Made by a program: the position numbers and the translations under genes. The notes beneath the pieces are model-generated. The model was not told the origin of the DNA. It did not search any database and was given only the letters and a program-made list of their open reading frames with translations. Of a stretch of DNA of 64,000 nt, positions 49,895 to 59,646 are shown piece after piece. Location of the stretch: contig CAZVGL010000002.1 of NCBI GenBank assembly GCA_964626705.1, forward strand, positions 386 to 64,385, read 5' to 3'. Position 1 is the first letter of the stretch. Every line of letters begins with the position of its first letter. Origin of the DNA: an uncultured Candidatus Saccharibacteria bacterium (GTDB lineage Bacteria > Patescibacteriota > Minisyncoccia > Phycocordibacterales > UBA2163).

Positions 49895-51343
49895 ATGAAA
49901 AAAGAGGAGGAAAAAATACCTATAATACTTCAAAACACTTTAGGTAATAAAAAGGAAGAATTTACACCACGCAAAGAAAGCGTGGTTACTATGTATAACT
50001 GTGGGCCTACAGTTTATAACTATGCAACTATAGGTAACCTCCGCGCATATGTTTTTGCAGATACACTAAAGAGAATGTTTGCATATAACGACTACGGAAT
50101 AAAACAAGTTATAAATATAACTGATGTAGGACATCTAACATCTGACGCAGACGAAGGTGAAGACAAGATAGAAACTGGCGCAAAGCGTGAAGGCATAAAA
50201 GTAGCAAAAATAATAAAACAATACACCGATGCTTTTATGGATGATATGCAAAAACTTAATATTGATATTTCTAAAATAGATTTTCCTAAAGCAACAGAAA
50301 ATATACCAGAGCAAATAGCTTTCATCCAAACTCTTGATGAAAAAGGTTATACATATAAAACAAGTGATGGAATATACTTTGACACATCTCTTAGATCTGA
50401 TTATGGCAAGCTTGGAAATATAGATACTAAAGGTCTCGAAGAAGGAGCAAGGGTGGAAAAAAATAAAGAAAAGAAAAACCTTACTGATTTTGCACTTTGG
50501 AAGTTTTCAAAACCTGAAGAACAAAGACAGCAAGAATGGGATTCTCCTTGGGGTGTCGGCTTCCCTGGTTGGCATATAGAATGTTCTGCGATGTCTCGCA
50601 AACTTTTAGGTAACCAAATAGACGTACACACAGGCGGAGTGGACCACATACCAGTGCACCACAATAATGAAATAGCACAGACAGAAAGCGTAACAGGAAA
50701 GCAATTCGTAAATTATTGGATGCATAATGAATTTATAACTATAGAAGGACAGAAAATATCTAAATCTCTAGGAAATGGGATACTTCTTAAGAACGTGATC
50801 GACCGTAGGTTTTCTCCACTATCACTTCGTTATTGGTTTCTAACTGCACATTACAGAACGCAAGCAAACTTCACATGGGAAGCACTTGAAGGAGCGCAGA
50901 CAGCACTATTTAAACTACATAAGCATTTTGTAGAGGACTATGGCGCAAAAAATGGAATGGTAAATGAAGAATACAAAAATAGATTCCATGAGTTCATAAA
51001 TGATGACTTAGACACACCGAAAGTAATAGCTCTTATGTGGGACTTAATCAAAGACGATAATGTACCAGATGCAGATAAGCGCTCTACCCTACTTGATTTT
51101 GACAAAGTACTTGGGCTTGGCCTTGATCATTCTGATAAAAAACTAGTAACATTACTTTCAGGCAAAGGTGAGAAACTAGAGCTTGGTAAGCTACCTAAGA
51201 CTATTCAGAAACTCATAGACGACAGAGAAGAAGCGCGGAAAAACAAAGATTTTACAAAAGCCGATGAACTTAGAGATAAACTCAAAGAAAAGGGTTACGA
51301 AATAGAAGACAAAGAAGACGGTCCTGAGGTACATAAAATCTAA
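49895..51343 (+). CDS. cysS: Cysteine-tRNA ligase
   Basis: CGPTVY, NITDV, DFALWK, PGWHIECS, HHNNE, KISKS. Confidence 0.97.
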   Translation: MKKEEEKIPIILQNTLGNKKEEFTPRKESVVTMYNCGPTVYNYATIGNLRAYVFADTLKRMFAYNDYGIKQVINITDVGHLTSDADEGEDKIETGAKREGIKVAKIIKQYTDAFMDDMQKLNIDISKIDFPKATENIPEQIAFIQTLDEKGYTYKTSDGIYFDTSLRSDYGKLGNIDTKGLEEGARVEKNKEKKNLTDFALWKFSKPEEQRQQEWDSPWGVGFPGWHIECSAMSRKLLGNQIDVHTGGVDHIPVHHNNEIAQTESVTGKQFVNYWMHNEFITIEGQKISKSLGNGILLKNVIDRRFSPLSLRYWFLTAHYRTQANFTWEALEGAQTALFKLHKHFVEDYGAKNGMVNEEYKNRFHEFINDDLDTPKVIALMWDLIKDDNVPDADKRSTLLDFDKVLGLGLDHSDKKLVTLLSGKGEKLELGKLPKTIQKLIDDREEARKNKDFTKADELRDKLKEKGYEIEDKEDGPEVHKI

Positions 51344-51354
51344 TTACAAAGACC

Positions 51355-51395
51355 ACTTAAACCGCTCATTTCAGCACGAAATGAGCGGTTTAAGT
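51355..51395 (+). terminator. Stem-loop after cysS
   Basis: acttaaaccgctcatttc-agcac-gaaatgagcggtttaagt. Confidence 0.65.
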
Positions 51396-51482
51396 TATCC
51401 CCAATCTAAACACAGGTTACACACTTTTTACATCAATTTGGCAAGATGTTAGATTTTTTGTTTATGCTAAAATAAATCTAAT

Positions 51483-52886
51483 ATGGTAGTTAATCAAACA
51501 TCTCAAAAGTCTAATTTACGAATACCTCCACAGAATATTGATTCTGAAAAGGCACTCTTGGGTTCTATTATGCTCAAGCCTGATATCTTAAACGAGATCA
51601 CAACTATCATCACTCCTGATTCATTCTACGCTGAGAAGCATAGGATGATATATAAAACGATATTTGAACTCTTTGGTAAGAACGACCCTATCGATCTTCT
51701 TTCTGTTTCATCACGAATGAAAGAGAAAAAGCAGCTAGACCAAATCGGTGGAAGAAGCTATTTGTCAGAGCTCGTGAACCTTGTCCCCTCCGCAGGAAAT
51801 GCAAAACACTATGCAGGTCTTGTACAAAAGACTGGGATGATGCGCTCTCTAATAAATGCTGCTGACTATATTTCTTCTCTCGGTTATGATGAAGAACATG
51901 ACCTAGATGAGATGCTCGACAAAGCAGAAAAAAAGATTTATGAAGTTACAGAATCCCCTACTTTACATAAATTTACAGAGATCAAAGACTCACTCGGAGA
52001 AGCTTGGGACAGGATAGACCACTTGCACAAATCAGATGGTGAACTCCGAGGTGTACAAAGCGGATTTAGAGATTTGGACAATATGCTTTCAGGTTTTCAA
52101 AAATCTGACCTTATAATCCTCGCTGCGCGCCCTTCTATGGGTAAGACTGCTTTCGCACTCGACATAGCTCGACAAGCTGCTATACATCACGATGTACCAG
52201 TTGGAATATTTTCTCTCGAGATGAGCTCTCAACAGCTCGTAGACAGAATGCTCGCATCCGAATCAAAAGTAGATGCATGGAAGCTGCGTACAGGTAAGCT
52301 AACCGTAGACTCAGAGTTTGATAAGATACGAGAGGCACTTGATACACTTGCAAAAGCTCCCATCTTTATAGATGATCAACCAGCAAACAATATTCTAAAG
52401 ATGCGTTCTGTCGCTCGTAGACTCAAAAGTGAGCGCGGCATAGGGCTTATAATAGTAGACTACCTTCAGCTTATGGCACCGACAAATACTAAAGCATCAG
52501 ACTCTATGACTCAACAAGTTACAGAGATCTCCCGTTCTCTTAAGACTATGGCGCGTGAGCTTGAAGTGCCTGTAATAGCTCTGTCACAGCTTTCTCGTGC
52601 CATAGAACAAAGGAAAGGTAAACCAAGGCTTTCTGACCTTCGTGACTCTGGTTCTATCGAGCAGGATGCAGACGTGGTGATGTTTATACATAGAGAAGAT
52701 AAGATGAGTGACGACGCTGAAAAGACGAATATCGCAGAGATTATGGTAGAGAAGCATAGAAATGGACCAGTAGGTAAAGTAGATCTCTTCTTTGATGAAA
52801 AGAGAGTTACGTTCAACAGTATCGATAAAAGTAGTTTCGGTGACTTTGCAGAGTCTGAAGAAACTAGCGTAGATGCAGATTTCTAA
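51483..52886 (+). CDS. dnaB: Replicative DNA helicase
   Basis: ARPSMGKT, SLEM, DYLQLM, LSQLSR, DLRDSGSIEQDAD, KHRNGP. Confidence 0.98.
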   Translation: MVVNQTSQKSNLRIPPQNIDSEKALLGSIMLKPDILNEITTIITPDSFYAEKHRMIYKTIFELFGKNDPIDLLSVSSRMKEKKQLDQIGGRSYLSELVNLVPSAGNAKHYAGLVQKTGMMRSLINAADYISSLGYDEEHDLDEMLDKAEKKIYEVTESPTLHKFTEIKDSLGEAWDRIDHLHKSDGELRGVQSGFRDLDNMLSGFQKSDLIILAARPSMGKTAFALDIARQAAIHHDVPVGIFSLEMSSQQLVDRMLASESKVDAWKLRTGKLTVDSEFDKIREALDTLAKAPIFIDDQPANNILKMRSVARRLKSERGIGLIIVDYLQLMAPTNTKASDSMTQQVTEISRSLKTMARELEVPVIALSQLSRAIEQRKGKPRLSDLRDSGSIEQDADVVMFIHREDKMSDDAEKTNIAEIMVEKHRNGPVGKVDLFFDEKRVTFNSIDKSSFGDFAESEETSVDADF

Positions 52887-53494
52887 TGAATTCAATAAAC
52901 AAACTAACAGAATTATTTTCCAAATTCCCAGGGATTGGACCACGCCAAGCGAAGCGTTTCGTATATTTTCTGCTTACTAGAAACAATTCATTTTTAGAAG
53001 AGCTCTCTCGCCTATTACTTGAACTTAAGAAAGAAGTTTCTACATGTGGGTCCTGCATGAGGTTTTTTTCAAACTCTTTACACAATACTAAGGTATGCGA
53101 AATATGTAGAGACCAAAACAGACAAAGTGAGATGCTTATGATAGTCGAACGAGACGCTGATTTTGAAAATATTGAGAAAAGTAAGATCTATGACGGTAAG
53201 TACTTTATACTTGGTGGTAAAGTGCCGATACTTGAGAAGAATCCAGAAAACAGAATAAGAGTAGCTGAGCTAAAAGAAAGAATGGAAGATGAAAATATAA
53301 AAGAGATTATTCTCGCTCTACCCGTTAACCCAGATGGAGAAAATACAGAACGTTACGTAAGAGAACTTCTCTCACCTATTGCTGAACAAAACTCTATTAA
53401 GATATCTATACTAGGTAGAGGTCTCTCCACAGGTATAGAGCTCGAATACCCAGACTCCGACACTCTAAAGAATGCATTTAAGAACAGAACATAA
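52886..53494 (+). CDS. recR: Recombination protein RecR
   Basis: PGIGPRQAKR HhH, C4 Zn finger, Toprim domain. Confidence 0.95.
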   Translation: MNSINKLTELFSKFPGIGPRQAKRFVYFLLTRNNSFLEELSRLLLELKKEVSTCGSCMRFFSNSLHNTKVCEICRDQNRQSEMLMIVERDADFENIEKSKIYDGKYFILGGKVPILEKNPENRIRVAELKERMEDENIKEIILALPVNPDGENTERYVRELLSPIAEQNSIKISILGRGLSTGIELEYPDSDTLKNAFKNRT

Positions 53495-53525
53495 AAAAAC
53501 TCTAGAGCTAACTCTAGAGTTTTTT
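53494..53525. terminator. Bidirectional terminator recR/rplU
   Basis: aaaaaactctagag-ctaa-ctctagagtttttt. Confidence 0.75.
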
Positions 53526-53529
53526 ATTT

Positions 53530-53853
53530 TTATTTAAGAGATTCTATCTTTACAGTATTGAAAATTTGTCTATGACCTCTTGTTTTGTTGTATCTAGACT
53601 TGGCTTTGTATTTAACTACATTTACTTTCTTTGCTTTTCCTTCTTCTACAAAACTTCCAATAACCTGTGCTTTGTCAATATATGGGGTTCCAAGCTCAGT
53701 GTTTTTGCCGTCATCAATAAGAAGCACTTTATCAAAAGTGATCTTGTCGCCTGCTTTAGGCTCATTTGGAAGTCGCTCTATCTTTACTGTATCTCCCTCA
53801 GATACACGATATTGCTTACCTCCAGTCTCTATTACTGCAAATTCTTTAGCCAT
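53530..53853 (-). CDS. rplU: 50S ribosomal protein L21
   Basis: AVIETGGKQYRV, GHRQ. Confidence 0.97.
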   Translation of the reverse strand: MAKEFAVIETGGKQYRVSEGDTVKIERLPNEPKAGDKITFDKVLLIDDGKNTELGTPYIDKAQVIGSFVEEGKAKKVNVVKYKAKSRYNKTRGHRQIFNTVKIESLK

Positions 53854-53891
53854 AATCGTTATATATTACACTATATTAAGAAATAATCAAG

Positions 53892-54983
53892 CTATTCCTC
53901 CTTCTCAGGCTTTTCTACCAAAAGCGTATCAATATCGGCAGATTCACCGGTTATTTTCAGGACATCCTTATCTATCTTGCCGAGCTCTTTTGAGGCTGAA
54001 TTGTAATGGTTTACAGTAGTAGAAAGAGAGTTACCAACCTTCTTAAAGTACTCGTCATAGCTCTTCAGGTGTCTTGTAAGCCCTTCTACTTGCTTACCGA
54101 TCTGCTTTGCAGACTCCTCTATCTTGAACGCCCTGAAGCCATACAGCACAGACTGTAAATACGCCGCAAATGTCGTCGGAGAGACTATGATCACGTTCTT
54201 GTCTTTATAAGCATAATCTATCAGGCTTCTAGTATTTACTTTTACAGACCCGACTTCATTTACAAGTAAGTCATAATAAATCCCCTCTGCAGGAATAAAC
54301 ATAAATGCAAACGGAAGCGTACCATCTTTCGGCTTTATATATTTTGCTGTCTCGTCTATCCTCTTTTTAAGATCATTTTTAAAGTCTTTCTGAAGCTCTT
54401 CTTTTCTGTGTTCGTCTTCTTCATTTACTACACGATTGTAGTTGTCGAGTGAGAACTTCGCATCCACAGGTATCATTCCTTCTTTTGTCATTATCACTGC
54501 ATCTACTGTTTCCCCACCGTCAAACTGATACTGAAGCTTATAGGAAGTCGCAGGTAAGATGTTGCTCAAGATTAGCTCCAAACTCGCCTCACCCAAGTTC
54601 CCTCTCTGTTTTTGGTGTTTAAGTACTTTCTCTAAGTTTTGTAACTGCTCCGCAATAGTAAATACTTGCTTACTAGATTCATTAGCCTCTGCCATACCTT
54701 TTGATACATCTGTGAGGTGCTTTATCATTTGCTCATTTACGTCCTGCACAAGCCTTTGGGATTGATTAAACTGATGCCTTACAGACTCACTCATCTGTTT
54801 TGTAGACTCACCAAACTTACTGTCCATCACTCTTGTAAGTTCTTGGAGTTGGTTTTGTATAAGCATATTAGATTGACCGTCTTCTTTGCTTCCCTTCTTA
54901 CGCATAACAAACCAAATAATCACACCGTTAATAGCTGTGAAGACGATTAATATTATTACGATTAAACCAATAGCACTTGTCAT
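53892..54983 (-). CDS. rmuC: DNA recombination protein RmuC
   Basis: RGNLGE, VDAKF, KYI, MFIPAEG, SPTT. Confidence 0.92.
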   Translation of the reverse strand: MTSAIGLIVIILIVFTAINGVIIWFVMRKKGSKEDGQSNMLIQNQLQELTRVMDSKFGESTKQMSESVRHQFNQSQRLVQDVNEQMIKHLTDVSKGMAEANESSKQVFTIAEQLQNLEKVLKHQKQRGNLGEASLELILSNILPATSYKLQYQFDGGETVDAVIMTKEGMIPVDAKFSLDNYNRVVNEEDEHRKEELQKDFKNDLKKRIDETAKYIKPKDGTLPFAFMFIPAEGIYYDLLVNEVGSVKVNTRSLIDYAYKDKNVIIVSPTTFAAYLQSVLYGFRAFKIEESAKQIGKQVEGLTRHLKSYDEYFKKVGNSLSTTVNHYNSASKELGKIDKDVLKITGESADIDTLLVEKPEKEE

Positions 54984-55003
54984 AATTACTCAATTCTACC
55001 ACA

Positions 55004-57691
55004 CTATTTCTTCCTAAAGAATAAGAAGTATTTTGCCACCTCTATAGTAAATAGATTAAATATTCCAAGTACTCCAAGTGCAGCGAATTGAGGTATTGTA
55101 AGTGTAGTAAGTGACAGTAGCGTTCTAAGTGGTGAAAGAGACACTGCAGCTATTAGCAATAACACACTAAAGAAGAAAGCAATAATTAGGAATTTGTTTG
55201 AGAATATATTTATTTTCCAAAGCGGAGTATCAAAACTCTTAAGAGAGAATGTAAAGAATATCGAATCTATAGAGATAGCTACGAACATCATCGTACGCGC
55301 TGTTTCCACTGGTATACCCATCTTAAGAAATAAGAAATAAAGTCCTGCAAGCACAACACCTGTTATCACTCCAATAGTCAAAATAAATTTCTTTATCCTA
55401 GGTGTAAGAATATTTTTTGAAGCACTTGAGCGTGGGTTGCGTTTCATCAGATTCTTATCTCCTTTTTCAAATGCAAAAGCAAAACTCATAAGCCCTTCTT
55501 CTATAATATTTGCCCAAAGGATCTGTACTGGTAGAAGCGGTATTGGTGCACCAAATGCAAGAGCTCCAACTATTACAAACACTTCCACAAAACTTGTTGA
55601 GAGAAGATATGAAAGGATCTTTTTTAAATTATCAATAATCTTTCTTCCCTCTTCTATTGCAGATACTATTATAGAGAAGCTATTGTTAAGAAGTATTATA
55701 TCTGCCGCTTCTTGTGCCACTTCTGTACCACTTCCCACAGCGATACCTATGTTTGCAGAGCGGAGTGCTGGTGCATCGTTTATACCATCCCCCGTCATCG
55801 CTACTATCTCTCCGTCTCCACGTAGAAGCCTAGCAATGCGCAACTTCTGGTCAGGAAGCATACGTGAAAACACTTTTACAGTTTTAAGTGTCTTCAAGAG
55901 TTCTTTATCATCTTGAAGTTCAGTATCACTTCCCAAAAGCGCCCTGTCATCACTTTTTGCAATACCAACTTTTATAGCAATATTTTTGGCAGTTTCTGGA
56001 TTATCTCCTGTAAGCATTATTACACGCGCTCCAGCACCTTTTACTTTTGCTATAGCTTCTTTTACATCTTGCCGAACTGGATCTTCAAATGCCATAAATC
56101 CTGCAAAGATCGTCTTTTCTGCAATACTTTTTCCTTTATCTTTTGTATTCTTTTTGTCTGTCGACTTTGCATCTAATATTTTCCCCCATGCTACATCTTT
56201 ATATGATATTCCTATAAAGCGCATCCCCTGTGCACTTTTCTTTTTCTGTATTTGCTTGAAAGATGCGTAATCTTCTGTAGACAACTCTTCTACTTTTCCA
56301 TTCTTGAGTACATGTGTAGAGTGATCAAGTAAAGACTCAGGTTCTCCTGAAAAATAAATCCTATTCCTTTTATATTCCTTATTTTTATTTAAAGATGCAC
56401 CAAATCTGTTCTTAGATTCAAATTTTAGAAAATCTATCCTATTATTTTCTTTCTCTAGTTCTTCTTGTGATATCCCCATCTCAAGACCTGCGACAACTAT
56501 CGCTTTTTCTATTGGTCTACCTTGTACTACAAGTTTTTGTGCACTATCTCCTTCTTCTACAAATGCATCCGACGCAAGCACAGCCATCGTAAGAAGTGTT
56601 TTATCATCTTGTACTACTTCCTTAGAAGCATCTCTTAAAGATTCTAATGTATACAAAGATGCAAGTTTCATCTTCGCTTCTGTGAGCGTACCTGTTTTGT
56701 CTGTAAGTATTACTGTTGTAGCACCTAGAGTCTCAGCAGCAAGTAAATTCCTAACCAAACCTCCATATTTAAGTATTGACTCCATACCGAGCGCTAGGAC
56801 TACTGTCACAGCAGCTGGAAGTCCTTCCGGTATAGTAGCAACAGCAATAGCTATAGCTATTAGGAACATCTCACTAAATGGTTCACCACGTAAAATACCC
56901 AGCCCAAAGATAAGCACTACAGCAGCTATTATTATATATACAAGGAAACGAGCCACTTTTCGTATACTTTGTTGAAGTGGTGTAGCTTGATCCCCTATTG
57001 TTCCAAGCTGTTTTGCTATAGCCCCAACTTCAGTATTCTTTCCTGTCGCTATCACAACACCAATACCACTTCCTGAAGATACTAGTGTGCCCATATACGC
57101 CATATTCTCACGCTCTGAAAGTGATTTCTTATGTGTAAGTGTTTCCGTATTTTTATGCATTGGTGCCCACTCTCCAGTCAAAGAAGCTTCGTTTACAGAA
57201 AGATTATTTGCTTCAAGTATTCGTATATCTGCTGGCACCTGTGAACCACCTTCTAAGATAACAATGTCCCCAGGCACAAGGTCTTGAGACAAGATAACGA
57301 CCTTTTTACCCTCTCTTATTACAGTCGCTCGTCTTACTTGTGATTTATTAAGTTTTTCAAATGCTTTAGACGCCCTCTCTTCTTGGAAGACTCCTATGAT
57401 AACGTTTATAAAAAGTGCAGCAAAAATAACTATTGAATCTAAAAATTCACGAAGGAATAAGGTCGTCAATCCGGCGACAAGAAGTATAATAACAAGCGGG
57501 TTTTTAAACTGCTTTATAAATTTATCAAATATAGTAAGCTCTTCTTCTGTTTCAAATATATTTTTACCATATCTATTCTGAAGCATGTCTACCTTTTTTT
57601 GACTTAGTCCATTCTTAAAATCAGTAGATAATGTGCGCTCAATATCAGCCGGCGCAAATGTCTCCCACGATACATGTCTTTGTTTTTGCAT
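55004..57691 (-). CDS. Cation-transporting P-type ATPase (type II, Ca2+-like)
   Basis: PEGLP, DKTGTLT, MLTGD, GDGINDAP, QILWAN. Confidence 0.93.
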   Translation of the reverse strand: MQKQRHVSWETFAPADIERTLSTDFKNGLSQKKVDMLQNRYGKNIFETEEELTIFDKFIKQFKNPLVIILLVAGLTTLFLREFLDSIVIFAALFINVIIGVFQEERASKAFEKLNKSQVRRATVIREGKKVVILSQDLVPGDIVILEGGSQVPADIRILEANNLSVNEASLTGEWAPMHKNTETLTHKKSLSERENMAYMGTLVSSGSGIGVVIATGKNTEVGAIAKQLGTIGDQATPLQQSIRKVARFLVYIIIAAVVLIFGLGILRGEPFSEMFLIAIAIAVATIPEGLPAAVTVVLALGMESILKYGGLVRNLLAAETLGATTVILTDKTGTLTEAKMKLASLYTLESLRDASKEVVQDDKTLLTMAVLASDAFVEEGDSAQKLVVQGRPIEKAIVVAGLEMGISQEELEKENNRIDFLKFESKNRFGASLNKNKEYKRNRIYFSGEPESLLDHSTHVLKNGKVEELSTEDYASFKQIQKKKSAQGMRFIGISYKDVAWGKILDAKSTDKKNTKDKGKSIAEKTIFAGFMAFEDPVRQDVKEAIAKVKGAGARVIMLTGDNPETAKNIAIKVGIAKSDDRALLGSDTELQDDKELLKTLKTVKVFSRMLPDQKLRIARLLRGDGEIVAMTGDGINDAPALRSANIGIAVGSGTEVAQEAADIILLNNSFSIIVSAIEEGRKIIDNLKKILSYLLSTSFVEVFVIVGALAFGAPIPLLPVQILWANIIEEGLMSFAFAFEKGDKNLMKRNPRSSASKNILTPRIKKFILTIGVITGVVLAGLYFLFLKMGIPVETARTMMFVAISIDSIFFTFSLKSFDTPLWKINIFSNKFLIIAFFFSVLLLIAAVSLSPLRTLLSLTTLTIPQFAALGVLGIFNLFTIEVAKYFLFFRKK

Positions 57692-57740
57692 TGCTTTAAT
57701 TATAGCAGATTTGTTAATTCTCTGTTAAGATTAAACTATT

Positions 57741-58190
57741 ATGTTACATACACAAATTAAAGAAAAGATAAAAGAAGCAATGAAAGCTAAAAGTGAAGTG
57801 GAGCTTTCTGTGCTTCGTGGGCTATCAAGCGCATTTACAAATGAATTAGTAGCAAATAAGAAAATGCCTAGTGATATGCTTACAGATGACGAAGTGCTTT
57901 CTGTTATTAAAAAACAAGCTAAACAACGCAAGGACTCTATAGAACAATTCAAAGCAGGCGGCAGAGAAGAGCTTGCAGAAAGTGAGGAAAAAGAGCTTGA
58001 GATACTATCTGCATATCTTCCAGAAGAGATGCCTAAAGAAGAGGTTGAGAAAATAGCAATTGCAAAAAAAGAAGAGCTTGGCGTGGAAGACAAATCAAAG
58101 ATGGGAATACTTATGGGTGCAATAATGAAAGAGACTAAAGGTAAGGCAGACGGCTCTGTAGTAAAAGAAGTTGTAGAAGGATTGTTTTAA
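57741..58190 (+). CDS. GatB/YqeY domain protein
   Basis: KEAMKAK, KQRKDSIEQF..GGR.ELA, YLP, GKADG. Confidence 0.92.
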   Translation: MLHTQIKEKIKEAMKAKSEVELSVLRGLSSAFTNELVANKKMPSDMLTDDEVLSVIKKQAKQRKDSIEQFKAGGREELAESEEKELEILSAYLPEEMPKEEVEKIAIAKKEELGVEDKSKMGILMGAIMKETKGKADGSVVKEVVEGLF

Positions 58191-58241
58191 TAGACAACAA
58201 AAAACACCCACGCCTTCGGCGTGGGTGTTTTTTGTTGTCTA
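58191..58241. terminator. Bidirectional terminator, 24-bp perfect stem
   Basis: tagacaacaaaaaacacccacgcc-ttc-ggcgtgggtgttttttgttgtcta. Confidence 0.85.
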
Positions 58242-58243
58242 CA

Positions 58244-58735
58244 TTATTCTGTAGCTATAAATTTAACTCGTACTGGATCTCCTTTTCCGTCAGATAAAAG
58301 TAGGTCTTTTGTAAGATCAAAGGCATTATCACCGTCATCTTGACGAATCGCTGCATGATAAGCCCTACCTGCTTCCATCCCTCTTAGAAGTTCAACTGTT
58401 CCAGAGTTTACACCAGCAATGAAAAGCTGTGCACCTAGTGCATTTCCAAGGATACCATTGTTATCTTCATGAATAACTACCCATCCTGTATTCTCAAGTG
58501 TAACAAGCTCTATATCTACCGTAAGCCCTGCTTTTTGGTCACGAACAAGTATTGCATTCTCACCTGAAAGAGCTACATCAGAAGCCTTTTCTTCAACTAC
58601 TTCTGTTTCAACCTCTATATTATTTGTAGGTTCTGCAGTATCTCTCATTGGAATCCATGTTCCCAAAAACCCTATTATAATACCTACAATAAAGGTTATG
58701 ATCATTCTCATACTAAAAAAACTTTCTCTTTCCAT
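58244..58735 (-). CDS. Membrane-anchored hypothetical protein with beta-sandwich-like extracellular domain
   Basis: TM then GWVVIHED..G.LGNALGA...DDGD..FD; start uncertain (58735 or 58768). Confidence 0.7.
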   Translation of the reverse strand: MERESFFSMRMIITFIVGIIIGFLGTWIPMRDTAEPTNNIEVETEVVEEKASDVALSGENAILVRDQKAGLTVDIELVTLENTGWVVIHEDNNGILGNALGAQLFIAGVNSGTVELLRGMEAGRAYHAAIRQDDGDNAFDLTKDLLLSDGKGDPVRVKFIATE

Positions 58736-58809
58736 ATTATTATTTTCTGTTACTTGTAATAATTCCATAAATTTAGAATGTCTATATTTTACACCCTTAT
58801 TAATCAAAA

Positions 58810-59646
58810 TCAAACCTTGCACAAAGCCTGACTTTCTTTCATAATATCTTCTACTTTTTTATTATCTATACCTATTGATTTTAAAGTTTCTTCATTATCT
58901 TCAAGATTTCTACATAAAACGATCTTTTTCTGCAAAAGAATATCCTTTTCTGCAGATGTAAGTGTCGTAAGTGCGGTTATGGGGTGTATCCCTGTTTCAT
59001 CTATCAAATCCTGCAAGCCTTCACCTTTCGGATAGTTCCACGACATAAGCTTCATACCAACACACTTACTATATTTTATAACGTTCTTACTAAATCTTGT
59101 ATTTGTTATAAGCCAATCTTCACTTATAAGTTCACTTCCTTCTTTTTGTTCACGCTTTCTTATATCTTCAAAACGTGAGTGCACATAAAGAGCTACCTTT
59201 AAGTCCGATGTTATACCAAGCTTATTATGAAACTTTATTTCTGCTCCGATTTTCTTACCGTCCTTTTCTGCAAGAATATCAACCTCATGTTCTACACATT
59301 CGCCTTTTACCATAGTGCCTATTCTTACATTTTTATACCCTCTGGCTTTAAATATCTCCGCTATAAAATTCTCAAACGGATATCCAGATGGACCAAGTGC
59401 AAGTATGGCACGCTTGAGTGAATACTTCGCAGCAACAGGTCTTTCAGCACCCTCTAGGTGTTCAAATGCATGCTTATATATTGTAGACGTCGTCATCCCA
59501 TCTTTAAGTTCTTTTTCAATCTTCCCGATCACCTCTTCCGTTGCAACATCTGACGCACCTGAGCGCCTAAGAGATCCACGTAGCTTATTAACATCAAATA
59601 CTTCCTCTGTGCCATCTTGTTTTATGATTGTTACTTGTTTCATCAT
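58810..59646 (-). CDS. ATP-cone domain fused to Mrr-like PD-(D/E)xK endonuclease
   Basis: IIKQDG..EVFD..KL ATP cone; GYPFE, HEVDILA, EIKFHN. Confidence 0.82.
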   Translation of the reverse strand: MMKQVTIIKQDGTEEVFDVNKLRGSLRRSGASDVATEEVIGKIEKELKDGMTTSTIYKHAFEHLEGAERPVAAKYSLKRAILALGPSGYPFENFIAEIFKARGYKNVRIGTMVKGECVEHEVDILAEKDGKKIGAEIKFHNKLGITSDLKVALYVHSRFEDIRKREQKEGSELISEDWLITNTRFSKNVIKYSKCVGMKLMSWNYPKGEGLQDLIDETGIHPITALTTLTSAEKDILLQKKIVLCRNLEDNEETLKSIGIDNKKVEDIMKESQALCKV

